Shown here: positions 1 through 4,961 of the stretch, one piece after another
How positions within the stretch are numbered: position 1 is the stretch's first letter
How the letters are laid out: each line of letters begins with the position of its first letter
From: a virus
Taxonomy: Duplodnaviria; Heunggongvirae; Uroviricota; Caudoviricetes
DNA length: 5,487 nucleotides
IMG/VR virus record: IMGVR_UViG_2671180921_000003
Coordinates: 1-5,487 of that record
Direction: 5' to 3' (one strand)
Made by a program: the position numbers and the translations under genes
The notes under the pieces: generated by a model
Database searches by the model: none
What the model saw: the letters and a program-made list of their open reading frames with translations, nothing else
What the model was told of the DNA's origin: nothing

Positions 1-123
1 AGCATTGAGAGCGGCTTCAACGCTGAGCTTGTTCATCAGCCGATCAAACTTACTGAGGTCTTCAGGGGTTTTGAGGTTTTTGGCCAGTTCGTTAGCCAGA
101 GCCTGTAACTGTTTCTCGTCCAT
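1..123 (-). CDS. N-terminal 41 codons of an IS256-family (Mutator-type) transposase; gene continues past the left edge of the window
   Basis: Reverse complement of 1-123 translates from ATG (plus coords 123-121) as MDEKQLQALANELAKNLKTPEDLSKFDRLMNKLSVEAALNA, matching the helical N-terminus recalled for Mutator/IS256-type transposases just before their E-x-T-x-HLG motif. GAAGG Shine-Dalgarno lies 7 nt upstream on the minus strand. Only a fragment is visible, so family assignment is from memory. Confidence 0.5.
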   Translation of the reverse strand, partial: MDEKQLQALANELAKNLKTPEDLSKFDRLMNKLSVEAALNA

Positions 124-220
124 ACATTAACCTTCATTTGATTCTGCATTGAGCATATCAAAATCGGGCAATTACACAAATCTATGTACAGGCTCGGCAT
201 CCTCAATGCACCCGCACTTA

Positions 221-247
221 ACCCGCTTCGGCGGGTTTTGTTTTTTC
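221..247 (+). terminator. Rho-independent terminator (ACCCGC-UUCG-GCGGGU stem-loop plus T tract)
   Basis: Seen directly: 6-bp GC-rich stem 221-226/231-236 with a UUCG tetraloop, followed by TTTTGTTTTTT (236-247). The T tract follows the hairpin only on the + strand. Confidence 0.65.
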
Positions 248-318
248 CTGGCATTTTGGTTTACAATTCGCACGCCAGCCTGAACAACTGGCACCTGCTG
301 CGCCAGCAGAGACAACCG

Positions 319-597
319 ATGGCGCACGATACCAAATTACACAATTCTAATGATTCTGCTGTCTTTGCCAGCAGGTGCGGACGGCGTTTTCACGCATTCA
401 CATCAGACTGGTTCCAGCATCCTCCATGCACTGAAGAGCAGGCTGAATGGATAATTCAGTGTTACCGCAGGCGTGGATACGAGGTTAAGAAAGCTCTTAG
501 TCTCGACTATCGTCACTGGATAATCTCAGTCAGACTCCCTTACTCCGAATGCCCACCGCGTCCGTCCCGCACATTCCAGCAACGCATCTGGAGGTAA
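319..597 (+). CDS. Hypothetical small protein (92 aa from ATG 319); possibly the 3' remnant of a gene disrupted by the upstream IS
   Basis: Open frame ends at TAA 595-597, 1 nt before the GTG start of the DUF968 gene (operon-like packing). The ORF-track start at 184 would read through the terminator hairpin at 221-247, so ATG 319 is preferred. Shine-Dalgarno is weak and the product is not recognised. Confidence 0.3.
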   Translation: MAHDTKLHNSNDSAVFASRCGRRFHAFTSDWFQHPPCTEEQAEWIIQCYRRRGYEVKKALSLDYRHWIISVRLPYSECPPRPSRTFQQRIWR

Positions 598-598
598 C

Positions 599-1648
599 GT
601 GCGGGTATTACTTCGACCTGTTCCGGTACCGGAACTTGGGTTGGTGGTCCTTAAACCAGGCCGTGAATCCATGCAGGTATTCCATAACCCTCGAGTGCTT
701 GTGGAGCCGGAACCGAAAAGCATGCGCGGTCTGCCGTCCGGCATCGCCCCTGCCGTTCGCCAGCCGCTGGCGGAGGATAAATCATTACTGCCGTTTTTCA
801 GCAATGAGCGTGTGATTCGTGCTGCTGGCGGCGCTGGTGCACTGTCTGACTGGCTGTTGCGCCATGTTAAATCCTGCCAGTGGCCACACGGCGATTATCA
901 CCACAGTGAAACCGTCATTCACCGTTATGGCGCTGGCGCGATGGTGTTGTGCTGGCACTGCGACAACCAGTTGCGTGACCAGACCTCCGAATCACTCGGG
1001 CAACTTGCTCACCAAAATTTGTCAGCATGGATGATTGACGTCATACGCCATGCAATGAATGGCACGCAGGAGCGGGAATTATCTCTGGCTGAATTATCCT
1101 GGTGGGCGGTCTGCAATCAGGTGGCGGATGCACTCCCAGAGTCAGTATTACGTCGTTCTCTGGGGTTACGTGCGGACAAAATCCGCTCAGTGTACCGCGA
1201 AAGCGACATTGTACCGGGAGAGCAGAGCGCCACCAGCATACTGAAGCAGCGCACAAAAAATCTTGCGCCGTTGCTTCACACCCACCAGCCACAGAACCCA
1301 GCACAGGAAAAGCAGGTGGTCAGCATTGCCGTTGATCCGGAGTCTCCGGAATCTTTCATGAGGCGACCTAAACGTCGCCGTTGGGTAAATGAGAAATATA
1401 CGCGCTGGGTGAAGACACAGCCGTGTGCGTGTTGTGGTCAACCAGCCGACGATCCCCATCACCTGATTGGTCACGGTCAGGGAGGGATGGGAACAAAGGC
1501 CCACGATATTTTCACGCTACCGTTGTGCCGGGAACATCACAACGAACTTCATGCGGATCCGCTGGCGTTCGAAGAAAAGCATGGTTCTCAGGTTGATTTA
1601 ATTTTTCGTTTTCTTGATCACGCCTTTGCAACCGGCGTGCTTGGGTAA
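599..1648 (+). CDS. DUF968 family prophage protein (YdfU-like) with a C-terminal HNH-like Cys/His motif
   Basis: 349-aa ORF with GTG start and GGAGG Shine-Dalgarno 4 nt upstream. The sequence closely resembles my recollection of E. coli Qin prophage YdfU (DUF968). C-terminal motif CACCG..DDPHH..C-REHH-NELH (nt ~1424-1552) and a second Cys/His cluster at nt ~875-961. Sits directly upstream of rusA, as in many lambdoid prophages. Confidence 0.85.
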   Translation: MRVLLRPVPVPELGLVVLKPGRESMQVFHNPRVLVEPEPKSMRGLPSGIAPAVRQPLAEDKSLLPFFSNERVIRAAGGAGALSDWLLRHVKSCQWPHGDYHHSETVIHRYGAGAMVLCWHCDNQLRDQTSESLGQLAHQNLSAWMIDVIRHAMNGTQERELSLAELSWWAVCNQVADALPESVLRRSLGLRADKIRSVYRESDIVPGEQSATSILKQRTKNLAPLLHTHQPQNPAQEKQVVSIAVDPESPESFMRRPKRRRWVNEKYTRWVKTQPCACCGQPADDPHHLIGHGQGGMGTKAHDIFTLPLCREHHNELHADPLAFEEKHGSQVDLIFRFLDHAFATGVLG

Positions 1649-1660
1649 AAGAGGTTACTG

Positions 1661-2020
1661 ATGCGTATAGAGTTTGTTTTGCCTTATCCGCCGACGGTGA
1701 ATACTTACTGGCGACGTCGTGGCAGCACATATTTTGTATCAAAAGTCGGTGAGTGTTATCGCCGTGATGTGGCACTAATTGTTCGCCAGCAGCGGTTGAA
1801 ATTAAACCTGTCCGGAAGGCTGGCAATAAAAATTATTGCAGAGCCACCGGATAAGCGCCGCCGCGACCTGGACAATATCCTGAAGGCACCACTGGATGCG
1901 CTGACGCATGCCGGACTTCTCATAGACGACGAGCAGTTTGATGAAATCAATATTGTGCGCGGACTGCCTGTTCCTGGTGGTCGGCTGGGGATAAAAATCA
2001 CAGAACTGGAGTGCGCATGA
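1661..2020 (+). CDS. rusA: Crossover junction endodeoxyribonuclease RusA (Holliday junction resolvase)
   Basis: 119-aa product with RusA family hallmarks (PPxxNxYxRRRG near the N-terminus, DxRRRDLDN..K..DAL..AG, DDxQ, GGRL..ITE) and the same length as E. coli RusA. AAGAGG Shine-Dalgarno 7 nt upstream of ATG 1661. Confidence 0.9.
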   Translation: MRIEFVLPYPPTVNTYWRRRGSTYFVSKVGECYRRDVALIVRQQRLKLNLSGRLAIKIIAEPPDKRRRDLDNILKAPLDALTHAGLLIDDEQFDEINIVRGLPVPGGRLGIKITELECA

Positions 2021-2706
2021 ATAACCAGTATTTACAGTTTGTGCGTGAGCAGCTCATTATCGCTACCGCTGATTTGAGTGGGGCAACAAAAGGTCAGCTT
2101 GAAGCCTGGCAGGAGAATGCCATGTTTGATACAGGGCGTTACAGGCGTAAAAAAATCCGGTACCGCGATGAAGTGACTGGAAGAATGATAACGCGGGATA
2201 GTCCACCGATACCGGGAAAACAATCACTGGCGAAAGGCTCATCAATTGCTCTGGTAAGTCAGGTTGAGTTTTCGACATCATCATGGCGACGGGCAGTTCT
2301 GTCTCTTGAAGAACTTCATAAAGCCTGGTTGTTGTGGTGTTACAGCGGGAGTATTTATTGGGAATATCAGATCGCGATAACACAGTGGGCGTGGAATGAA
2401 TTTAATGCTCAATCCGGTACCAGAAAAATTGCAGGGAAAACGCAGGAACGCCTGAAAAAATTAATCTGGCTGGCGGCGCAGGCAGTAAAAGCAGAACTTT
2501 TTGGTGGGGAAGGTTATGAATACCAGGAGCTGGCATTACTGGCGGGAGTGACAACTAAAAACTGGTCAAAAACATTTACTCGTCACTGGGTTGCAATGAA
2601 ACACATTTTTCACCGACTGGATAGTGAGGCTTTATTGTTTGTAATGAGAACACGTTCAAAACAAAAGACGGCATTTTCAAAGCAAAGTGTTGCAAAAGTA
2701 GATTGA
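2017..2706 (+). CDS. Putative late-gene antiterminator (Q-like), 229 aa
   Basis: Called mainly on synteny: immediately downstream of rusA (ATGA start/stop overlap at 2017-2020, GGAG 6 nt upstream) and immediately upstream of a promoter-terminator pair, tRNAs and the lysis genes. I do not recognise a specific Q family from the sequence. The ORF track starts at GTG 2011; ATG 2017 is preferred. Confidence 0.6.
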   Translation: MNNQYLQFVREQLIIATADLSGATKGQLEAWQENAMFDTGRYRRKKIRYRDEVTGRMITRDSPPIPGKQSLAKGSSIALVSQVEFSTSSWRRAVLSLEELHKAWLLWCYSGSIYWEYQIAITQWAWNEFNAQSGTRKIAGKTQERLKKLIWLAAQAVKAELFGGEGYEYQELALLAGVTTKNWSKTFTRHWVAMKHIFHRLDSEALLFVMRTRSKQKTAFSKQSVAKVD

Positions 2707-2718
2707 AAGGCATATATT
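2690..2718 (+). promoter_or_regulatory. Candidate sigma70 late promoter (pR'-like): -35 TTGCAA, 17-bp spacer, -10 TATATT
   Basis: Seen directly: TTGCAA at 2690-2695 and TATATT at 2713-2718 overlapping the 3' end of the Q-like gene. A second -10-like element with TG (cTGATATT, 2729-2736) lies about 12 nt downstream, as expected for a sigma70-dependent pause element in lambdoid pR' regions. Confidence 0.4.
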
Positions 2719-2770
2719 TCATGCAAATCTGATATTTTGCCGATTTTGTACGTGATGGCAAAAGCAAACA

Positions 2771-2796
2771 AAACCCGCCCACAAGCGGGTTTTTTG
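2771..2796 (+). terminator. Rho-independent terminator (tR'-like) about 65 nt downstream of the Q-like gene
   Basis: Stem AAACCCGC (2771-2778) / GCGGGTTT (2785-2792), 6-nt loop, T tract 2790-2795. With the upstream promoter it would give a short (~70 nt) transcript, as in lambdoid pR'-tR' units. Confidence 0.7.
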
Positions 2797-2877
2797 TGCC
2801 ACTTATCTCGGATAGGCATGGTGAATGCGCTGGTGGAGGAGATAAGGGTGATTTTTAATCAGGTGATTTTTGAATGC

Positions 2878-2906
2878 TTGCAACATTGATTTCGTAACAT
2901 TATTAT
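2878..2906 (+). promoter_or_regulatory. Strong sigma70 promoter for the tRNA cluster: -35 TTGCAA, 17-bp spacer, -10 TATTAT, GC-rich discriminator
   Basis: TTGCAA 2878-2883 and TATTAT 2901-2906, followed by CCTGCGCCC; predicted start 2-3 nt before the mature tRNA 5' end at 2916. Upstream direct repeat of AGGTGATTTTT (2847-2859 and 2862-2875) provides UP-element-like A/T tracts. Confidence 0.5.
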
Positions 2907-2915
2907 CCTGCGCCC

Positions 2916-2991
2916 GGCCCTTTAGCTCAGTGGTGAGAGCGAGCGACTCATAATCGCCAGGTCGCTGGTTCAAATCCAGCAAGGGCCACCA
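2916..2991 (+). tRNA. ileZ: tRNA-Ile2-like (anticodon CAU; tools often label it tRNA-Met), ileZ/ileX-like, 76 nt with encoded CCA
   Basis: Full cloverleaf folded by hand: acceptor GGCCCTT/AAGGGCC, D-arm GCTC-AGTGGTGA-GAGC, anticodon loop CTCATAA (CAT at 2949-2951), T-arm GCTGG-TTCAAAT-CCAGC, discriminator A, CCA. Very similar to my recollection of E. coli ileX, and in the Q-downstream position where lambdoid and Stx phages carry ileZ. Confidence 0.85.
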
Positions 2992-2992
2992 A

Positions 2993-3068
2993 CCGCCACT
3001 AGCCATCAGGAAAGAGCGTCAACCCTTTAAGTTGAGTGTGCGAGGTTCGAGTCCCCGGTGGTGGTCCA
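2993..3068 (+). tRNA. Atypical tRNA-like gene (76 nt, CCA encoded); best fold gives anticodon UUU with C33; possibly degenerate
   Basis: Acceptor stem CCGCCAC/GTGGTGG (one G-U), anticodon stem TCAAC/GTTGA with loop CCTTTAA (3024-3030), T-arm CGAGG-TTCGAGT-CCCCG with one A-C mismatch, D-stem only 2 clean pairs, discriminator U. It occupies the middle slot of the ileZ-argN-argO trio known from lambdoid phages but does not fold as a standard tRNA-Arg. Confidence 0.45.
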
Positions 3069-3081
3069 TTATCAGTATTCT

Positions 3082-3158
3082 GCGTTGTTAGCTCAGCAGG
3101 ACAGAGCAATTGCCTTCTAAGCAATCGGTCACTGGTTCGACTCCAGTACAACGCGCCA
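3082..3158 (+). tRNA. tRNA-Arg (anticodon UCU, reads AGA), 77 nt with encoded CCA
   Basis: Acceptor GCGTTGT/ACAACGC, D-arm GCTC..GAGC, anticodon stem ATTGC/GCAAT with loop CTTCTAA (TCT at 3116-3118), T-arm ACTGG-TTCGACT-CCAGT, discriminator G, CCA. Corresponds to the argN/argO-type rare-codon tRNA of lambdoid phages; which of the two names applies is not resolved. Confidence 0.85.
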
Positions 3159-3171
3159 CACTTATTTTCCC

Positions 3172-3195
3172 GGCTCGCTTTTGCGGGCCTTTTTT
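3172..3195 (+). terminator. Rho-independent terminator after the tRNA cluster
   Basis: Stem GGCTCGC (3172-3178) / GCGGGCC (3183-3189) with one G-U pair, UUUU loop, then TTTTTT 3190-3195. Confidence 0.65.
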
Positions 3196-3328
3196 GTATC
3201 TGCGCCACGCCCGGCGCATATCAACCACAGAGCCTTTCAGGGGGGAGCCATAGGGAACGGTCGGTGTGACTGTCTCTGTGGGCTGATCATTCCTGAGTGC
3301 TGGCTCACCCACCCAAAGGAACGTCACG

Positions 3329-3760
3329 ATGTTTGGAATCTTCAAAAAGAAAACCCGCAGAGCGGCAGCGGAAATTAAAAAGTTTGAGAAACGCGATCTG
3401 GCACAGGCGGTGATTAACGCTGCATACCTGGTGGCCTATGCAGATGGTGAATGCGAGGCATCTGAGAAAGCGAAGATCGAACAGGTCTTACGTAATCAGC
3501 CTGCGTTGTCTGCGTTTACCTCGGAAATTAATGCGATTAGCGCAACTATTATCGGTCAGCTGGATACCAATTTTAAAATTGGTCGTCGTGCCGCGTTACG
3601 CGAGATTGAGGATGTGAAACACGATGCGCGTGAAGCGGAAGATGTGCTGGATGTGGCGGTGGCCATTGCGGAGGCAGACGGCGAAATTGAGCCGGAAGAG
3701 CGCAAGGTGCTGGAAGAGATTGCCGGTGTTCTGGGTCTTCGTCTGGAGAATCACCTGTGA
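3329..3760 (+). CDS. TerB-like (tellurite-resistance TerB family) protein, 143 aa
   Basis: ATG 3329 with AAAGGA Shine-Dalgarno 8 nt upstream. Acidic helical protein with two repeated Y/A-x-ADGE..E-x-E-K..L modules (AYADGECEASEKAKIEQVL and AIAEADGEIEPEERKVLEEIA), which I associate with the TerB fold. Family call is from memory, not a search. Confidence 0.7.
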   Translation: MFGIFKKKTRRAAAEIKKFEKRDLAQAVINAAYLVAYADGECEASEKAKIEQVLRNQPALSAFTSEINAISATIIGQLDTNFKIGRRAALREIEDVKHDAREAEDVLDVAVAIAEADGEIEPEERKVLEEIAGVLGLRLENHL

Positions 3761-3924
3761 CGGTAAAACTGCGCCTGGCTGTGGCTGCACTCCTGCTGTT
3801 TCTGGTGGTGATGGTGGATTTCACCAGCAGAATCATGTCGGTGCTGGCGGATGGGGTGCTGGTCTGCGGCATTGTGGTATTGCTGTGGCCGGTGATAAAA
3901 AGAAACAGCCTGTATAATGCTTGA
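3757..3924 (+). CDS. Small hydrophobic membrane peptide (55 aa, two predicted transmembrane helices), translationally coupled to the TerB-like gene
   Basis: GTG start at 3757 overlaps the TerB stop (GTGA); GGAG at 3745-3748 lies 8 nt upstream. Product VTVKLRLAVAALLLFLVVMVDFTSRIMSVLADGVLVCGIVVLLWPVIKRNSLYNA. Absent from the ORF track because it is under 60 codons. Internal ATGs at 3811 and 3835 are alternative starts. Confidence 0.45.
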   Translation: MTVKLRLAVAALLLFLVVMVDFTSRIMSVLADGVLVCGIVVLLWPVIKRNSLYNA

Positions 3925-4139
3925 TTTTTTTGTTTGCTGTTTATTAAAAACACTTCTGCATGGTGAATCCCCCTGTGCGGAGGGGCGACTGGTGTAGGTA
4001 GCATTTATTATGTTGTAGGCAAGCCGACGCGGGTTCAGTGACACCGGCTGAATTCACCGGGAGGCACCCGGCACCATGCTTTGCCACAAAAGTGTTATTT
4101 CTGTTTTTCTCAAACTATCATCGTTATTCCTTTATTTCC

Positions 4140-4166
4140 GGCTGCGCATGGCGCGGCCTTTTTTTT
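4140..4166 (+). terminator. Strong rho-independent terminator (8-bp GC stem plus 8 T)
   Basis: Stem GGCTGCGC (4140-4147) / GCGCGGCC (4151-4158) with one G-U pair, followed by TTTTTTTT 4159-4166. The T tract follows the hairpin on the + strand only. Confidence 0.75.
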
Positions 4167-4252
4167 ACGACCAGCCACTGGCAGATGGTCATCCTGTGAT
4201 TTGATTCCGGTTCCGGCTTTTTAACTCTGTTCCTGTACACGGGAGAAATTCG

Positions 4253-4423
4253 ATGTCGATTAAACATTACGATGTTGTCAGGGCGGCGTCGCCGTCAGAC
4301 CTTGCGGAAAAGCTGACACACAAACTGAAAGAGGCCTGGCAGCCGTTTGGTAGTCCGGTGGACATAACTCCTTATACCCTGATGCAGGCGATTGCAGCAG
4401 AAGGTGATGTGGTGGTCAAGTAA
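4253..4423 (+). CDS. Small conserved prophage protein, 56 aa (tentatively DUF1737-like)
   Basis: ATG 4253 with GGGAGA Shine-Dalgarno 6 nt upstream, stop TAA 4421-4423. Product MSIKHYDVVRAASPSDLAEKLTHKLKEAWQPFGSPVDITPYTLMQAIAAEGDVVVK. The DUF assignment is a tentative recollection. Confidence 0.55.
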   Translation: MSIKHYDVVRAASPSDLAEKLTHKLKEAWQPFGSPVDITPYTLMQAIAAEGDVVVK

Positions 4424-4599
4424 TACTGGCCACAGTTACCCAGAAACTGAATGGAGTTGCAGGTTCGGCACTCCAGGTCATAAAAGACAGTCTGACACTG
4501 AGCCTGAATGCGCTGACGCTGACGGATGTTACAAAAAGTGCAGCGTATGGCGTTGAGATAGAAAGTCTGGTGCTGGAGATGAATGCACCGGCAGCATAA
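4408..4599 (+). CDS. 63-codon open frame with protein-like composition but no ATG/GTG/TTG start (possible pseudogene, non-canonical start, or recoding); product tentatively resembles small DUF826-type prophage proteins
   Basis: This frame is open from just after TGA 4405-4407 to TAA 4597-4599 and translates to ..GQVILATVTQKLNGVAGSALQVIKDSLTLSLNALTLTDVTKSAAYGVEIESLVLEMNAPAA. It overlaps the 3' end of the upstream gene by 16 nt. A strong Shine-Dalgarno-like AAGGTGAT sits at 4401-4408, but the only in-frame candidate starts are ATA 4423 or CTG 4426. Confidence 0.3.
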   Translation, partial: CGGQVILATVTQKLNGVAGSALQVIKDSLTLSLNALTLTDVTKSAAYGVEIESLVLEMNAPAA

Positions 4600-4607
4600 T
4601 AAAAAAG

Positions 4608-4637
4608 AGCCAGCGCCCACTCTGAAGGACGCTGGCT
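4608..4637. other. Stem-loop AGCCAGCG / CGCTGGCT (8-bp stem, 14-nt loop) flanked by A tracts
   Basis: Seen directly. AAAAAAG lies upstream and AAAAGG downstream, so a U tract would follow the hairpin only on the minus-strand transcript; possible minus-strand terminator or recombination scar. Confidence 0.4.
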
Positions 4638-4752
4638 AAAAGGCCTTATATGTTTGTAGAGACTTATTTTTCACAGACAGCAATGATGTCTGTCAATATA
4701 TTATCAATATGCGGATTGTTTCAGTTACAGATGCTTTATTAAAGAAAAAAAC

Positions 4753-4787
4753 AGCCAGCACTGACTTTCGGTGGAGAGGTGCTGGCT
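4753..4787. other. Stem-loop AGCCAGCAC / GTGCTGGCT (9-bp stem, 17-nt loop) flanked by A tracts; paralog of the 4608-4637 hairpin
   Basis: Seen directly. Same AGCCAGC core and same A-tract context (AAAGAAAAAAAC upstream, CAAAAGG downstream) as the hairpin at 4608-4637. Confidence 0.4.
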
Positions 4788-4961
4788 CAAAAGGATAGAT
4801 GGACTTCACATGTTGCTTCTATATGGCGGTACATTTTCTGACAGACAGTGACGGATGTTGTCAAGATATTGTGTCATTTATAACCTGAATCAGGGGAGGC
4901 CGGAATGTTATCTGGCATTTTTAGCAGAGCCTGAATGCCATAATCACGGCTCCCGGAGTTG

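Noticed and set aside
36-254. 72-aa minus-strand ORF from the six-frame track
   Set aside because: Runs antisense through the transposase start region and the 221-247 terminator hairpin; low-complexity product with no Shine-Dalgarno; most likely spurious.
184-318. N-terminal extension of the 184-597 ORF (start at ATG 184)
   Set aside because: Would require translation through a strong terminator hairpin and T tract (221-247); the shorter start at 319 is more plausible, and even that is low confidence.
819-1504. Several overlapping ORFs (819-1034+, 1041-1304-, 1059-1244+, 1102-1335+, 1187-1504-) inside the DUF968 gene
   Set aside because: All lie out of frame or antisense within a well-supported 349-aa gene, and their products are Cys/Arg-rich low-complexity translations typical of alternative frames of GC-rich coding DNA.
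1512-2383. Minus-strand ORFs 1512-1826, 1756-2001, 2032-2223 and 2063-2383
   Set aside because: Antisense to the RusA and Q-like genes, which have strong family or synteny support; no start-site signals.
2576-2819. Minus-strand ORFs 2576-2782 and 2610-2819
   Set aside because: Antisense across the 3' end of the Q-like gene and the pR'/tR'-like unit; would read through the terminator hairpin.
3024-3031. Reading the middle tRNA anticodon as UUA (possible ochre suppressor)
   Set aside because: That register needs anticodon stem CAACC/TTGAG, which does not base-pair; the only register with a 5-bp stem gives loop CCUUUAA (anticodon UUU).
3200-3220. Palindrome TGCGCC..GGCGCA after the tRNA terminator
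   Set aside because: Short stem with no following T tract and no recognisable operator context; insufficient evidence for function.
2803-3345. Minus-strand ORFs 2803-3006, 2999-3208, 3088-3345 and plus-strand ORF 3036-3269
   Set aside because: These are translations across the tRNA genes and their terminator; tRNA sequences commonly yield spurious ORFs.
3573-4044. ORFs 3573-4004(-), 3596-3790(-), 3751-4044(-) and 3624-3917(+)
   Set aside because: Antisense or out of frame with the TerB-like gene and the coupled membrane peptide; products are His/Gln/Arg-rich low complexity.
3196-4252. Shiga toxin (stxA/stxB) or other known toxin genes downstream of the tRNA trio
   Set aside because: Looked for them because this is the canonical stx position. 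The ORFs present are TerB-like and small unrelated proteins, with no A-subunit-sized (~320 aa) or B-subunit (~90 aa, signal peptide) ORF.
4372-4620. 82-aa minus-strand ORF
   Set aside because: Cys-rich low-complexity product antisense to the two small plus-strand genes; the plus-strand frames look far more protein-like.
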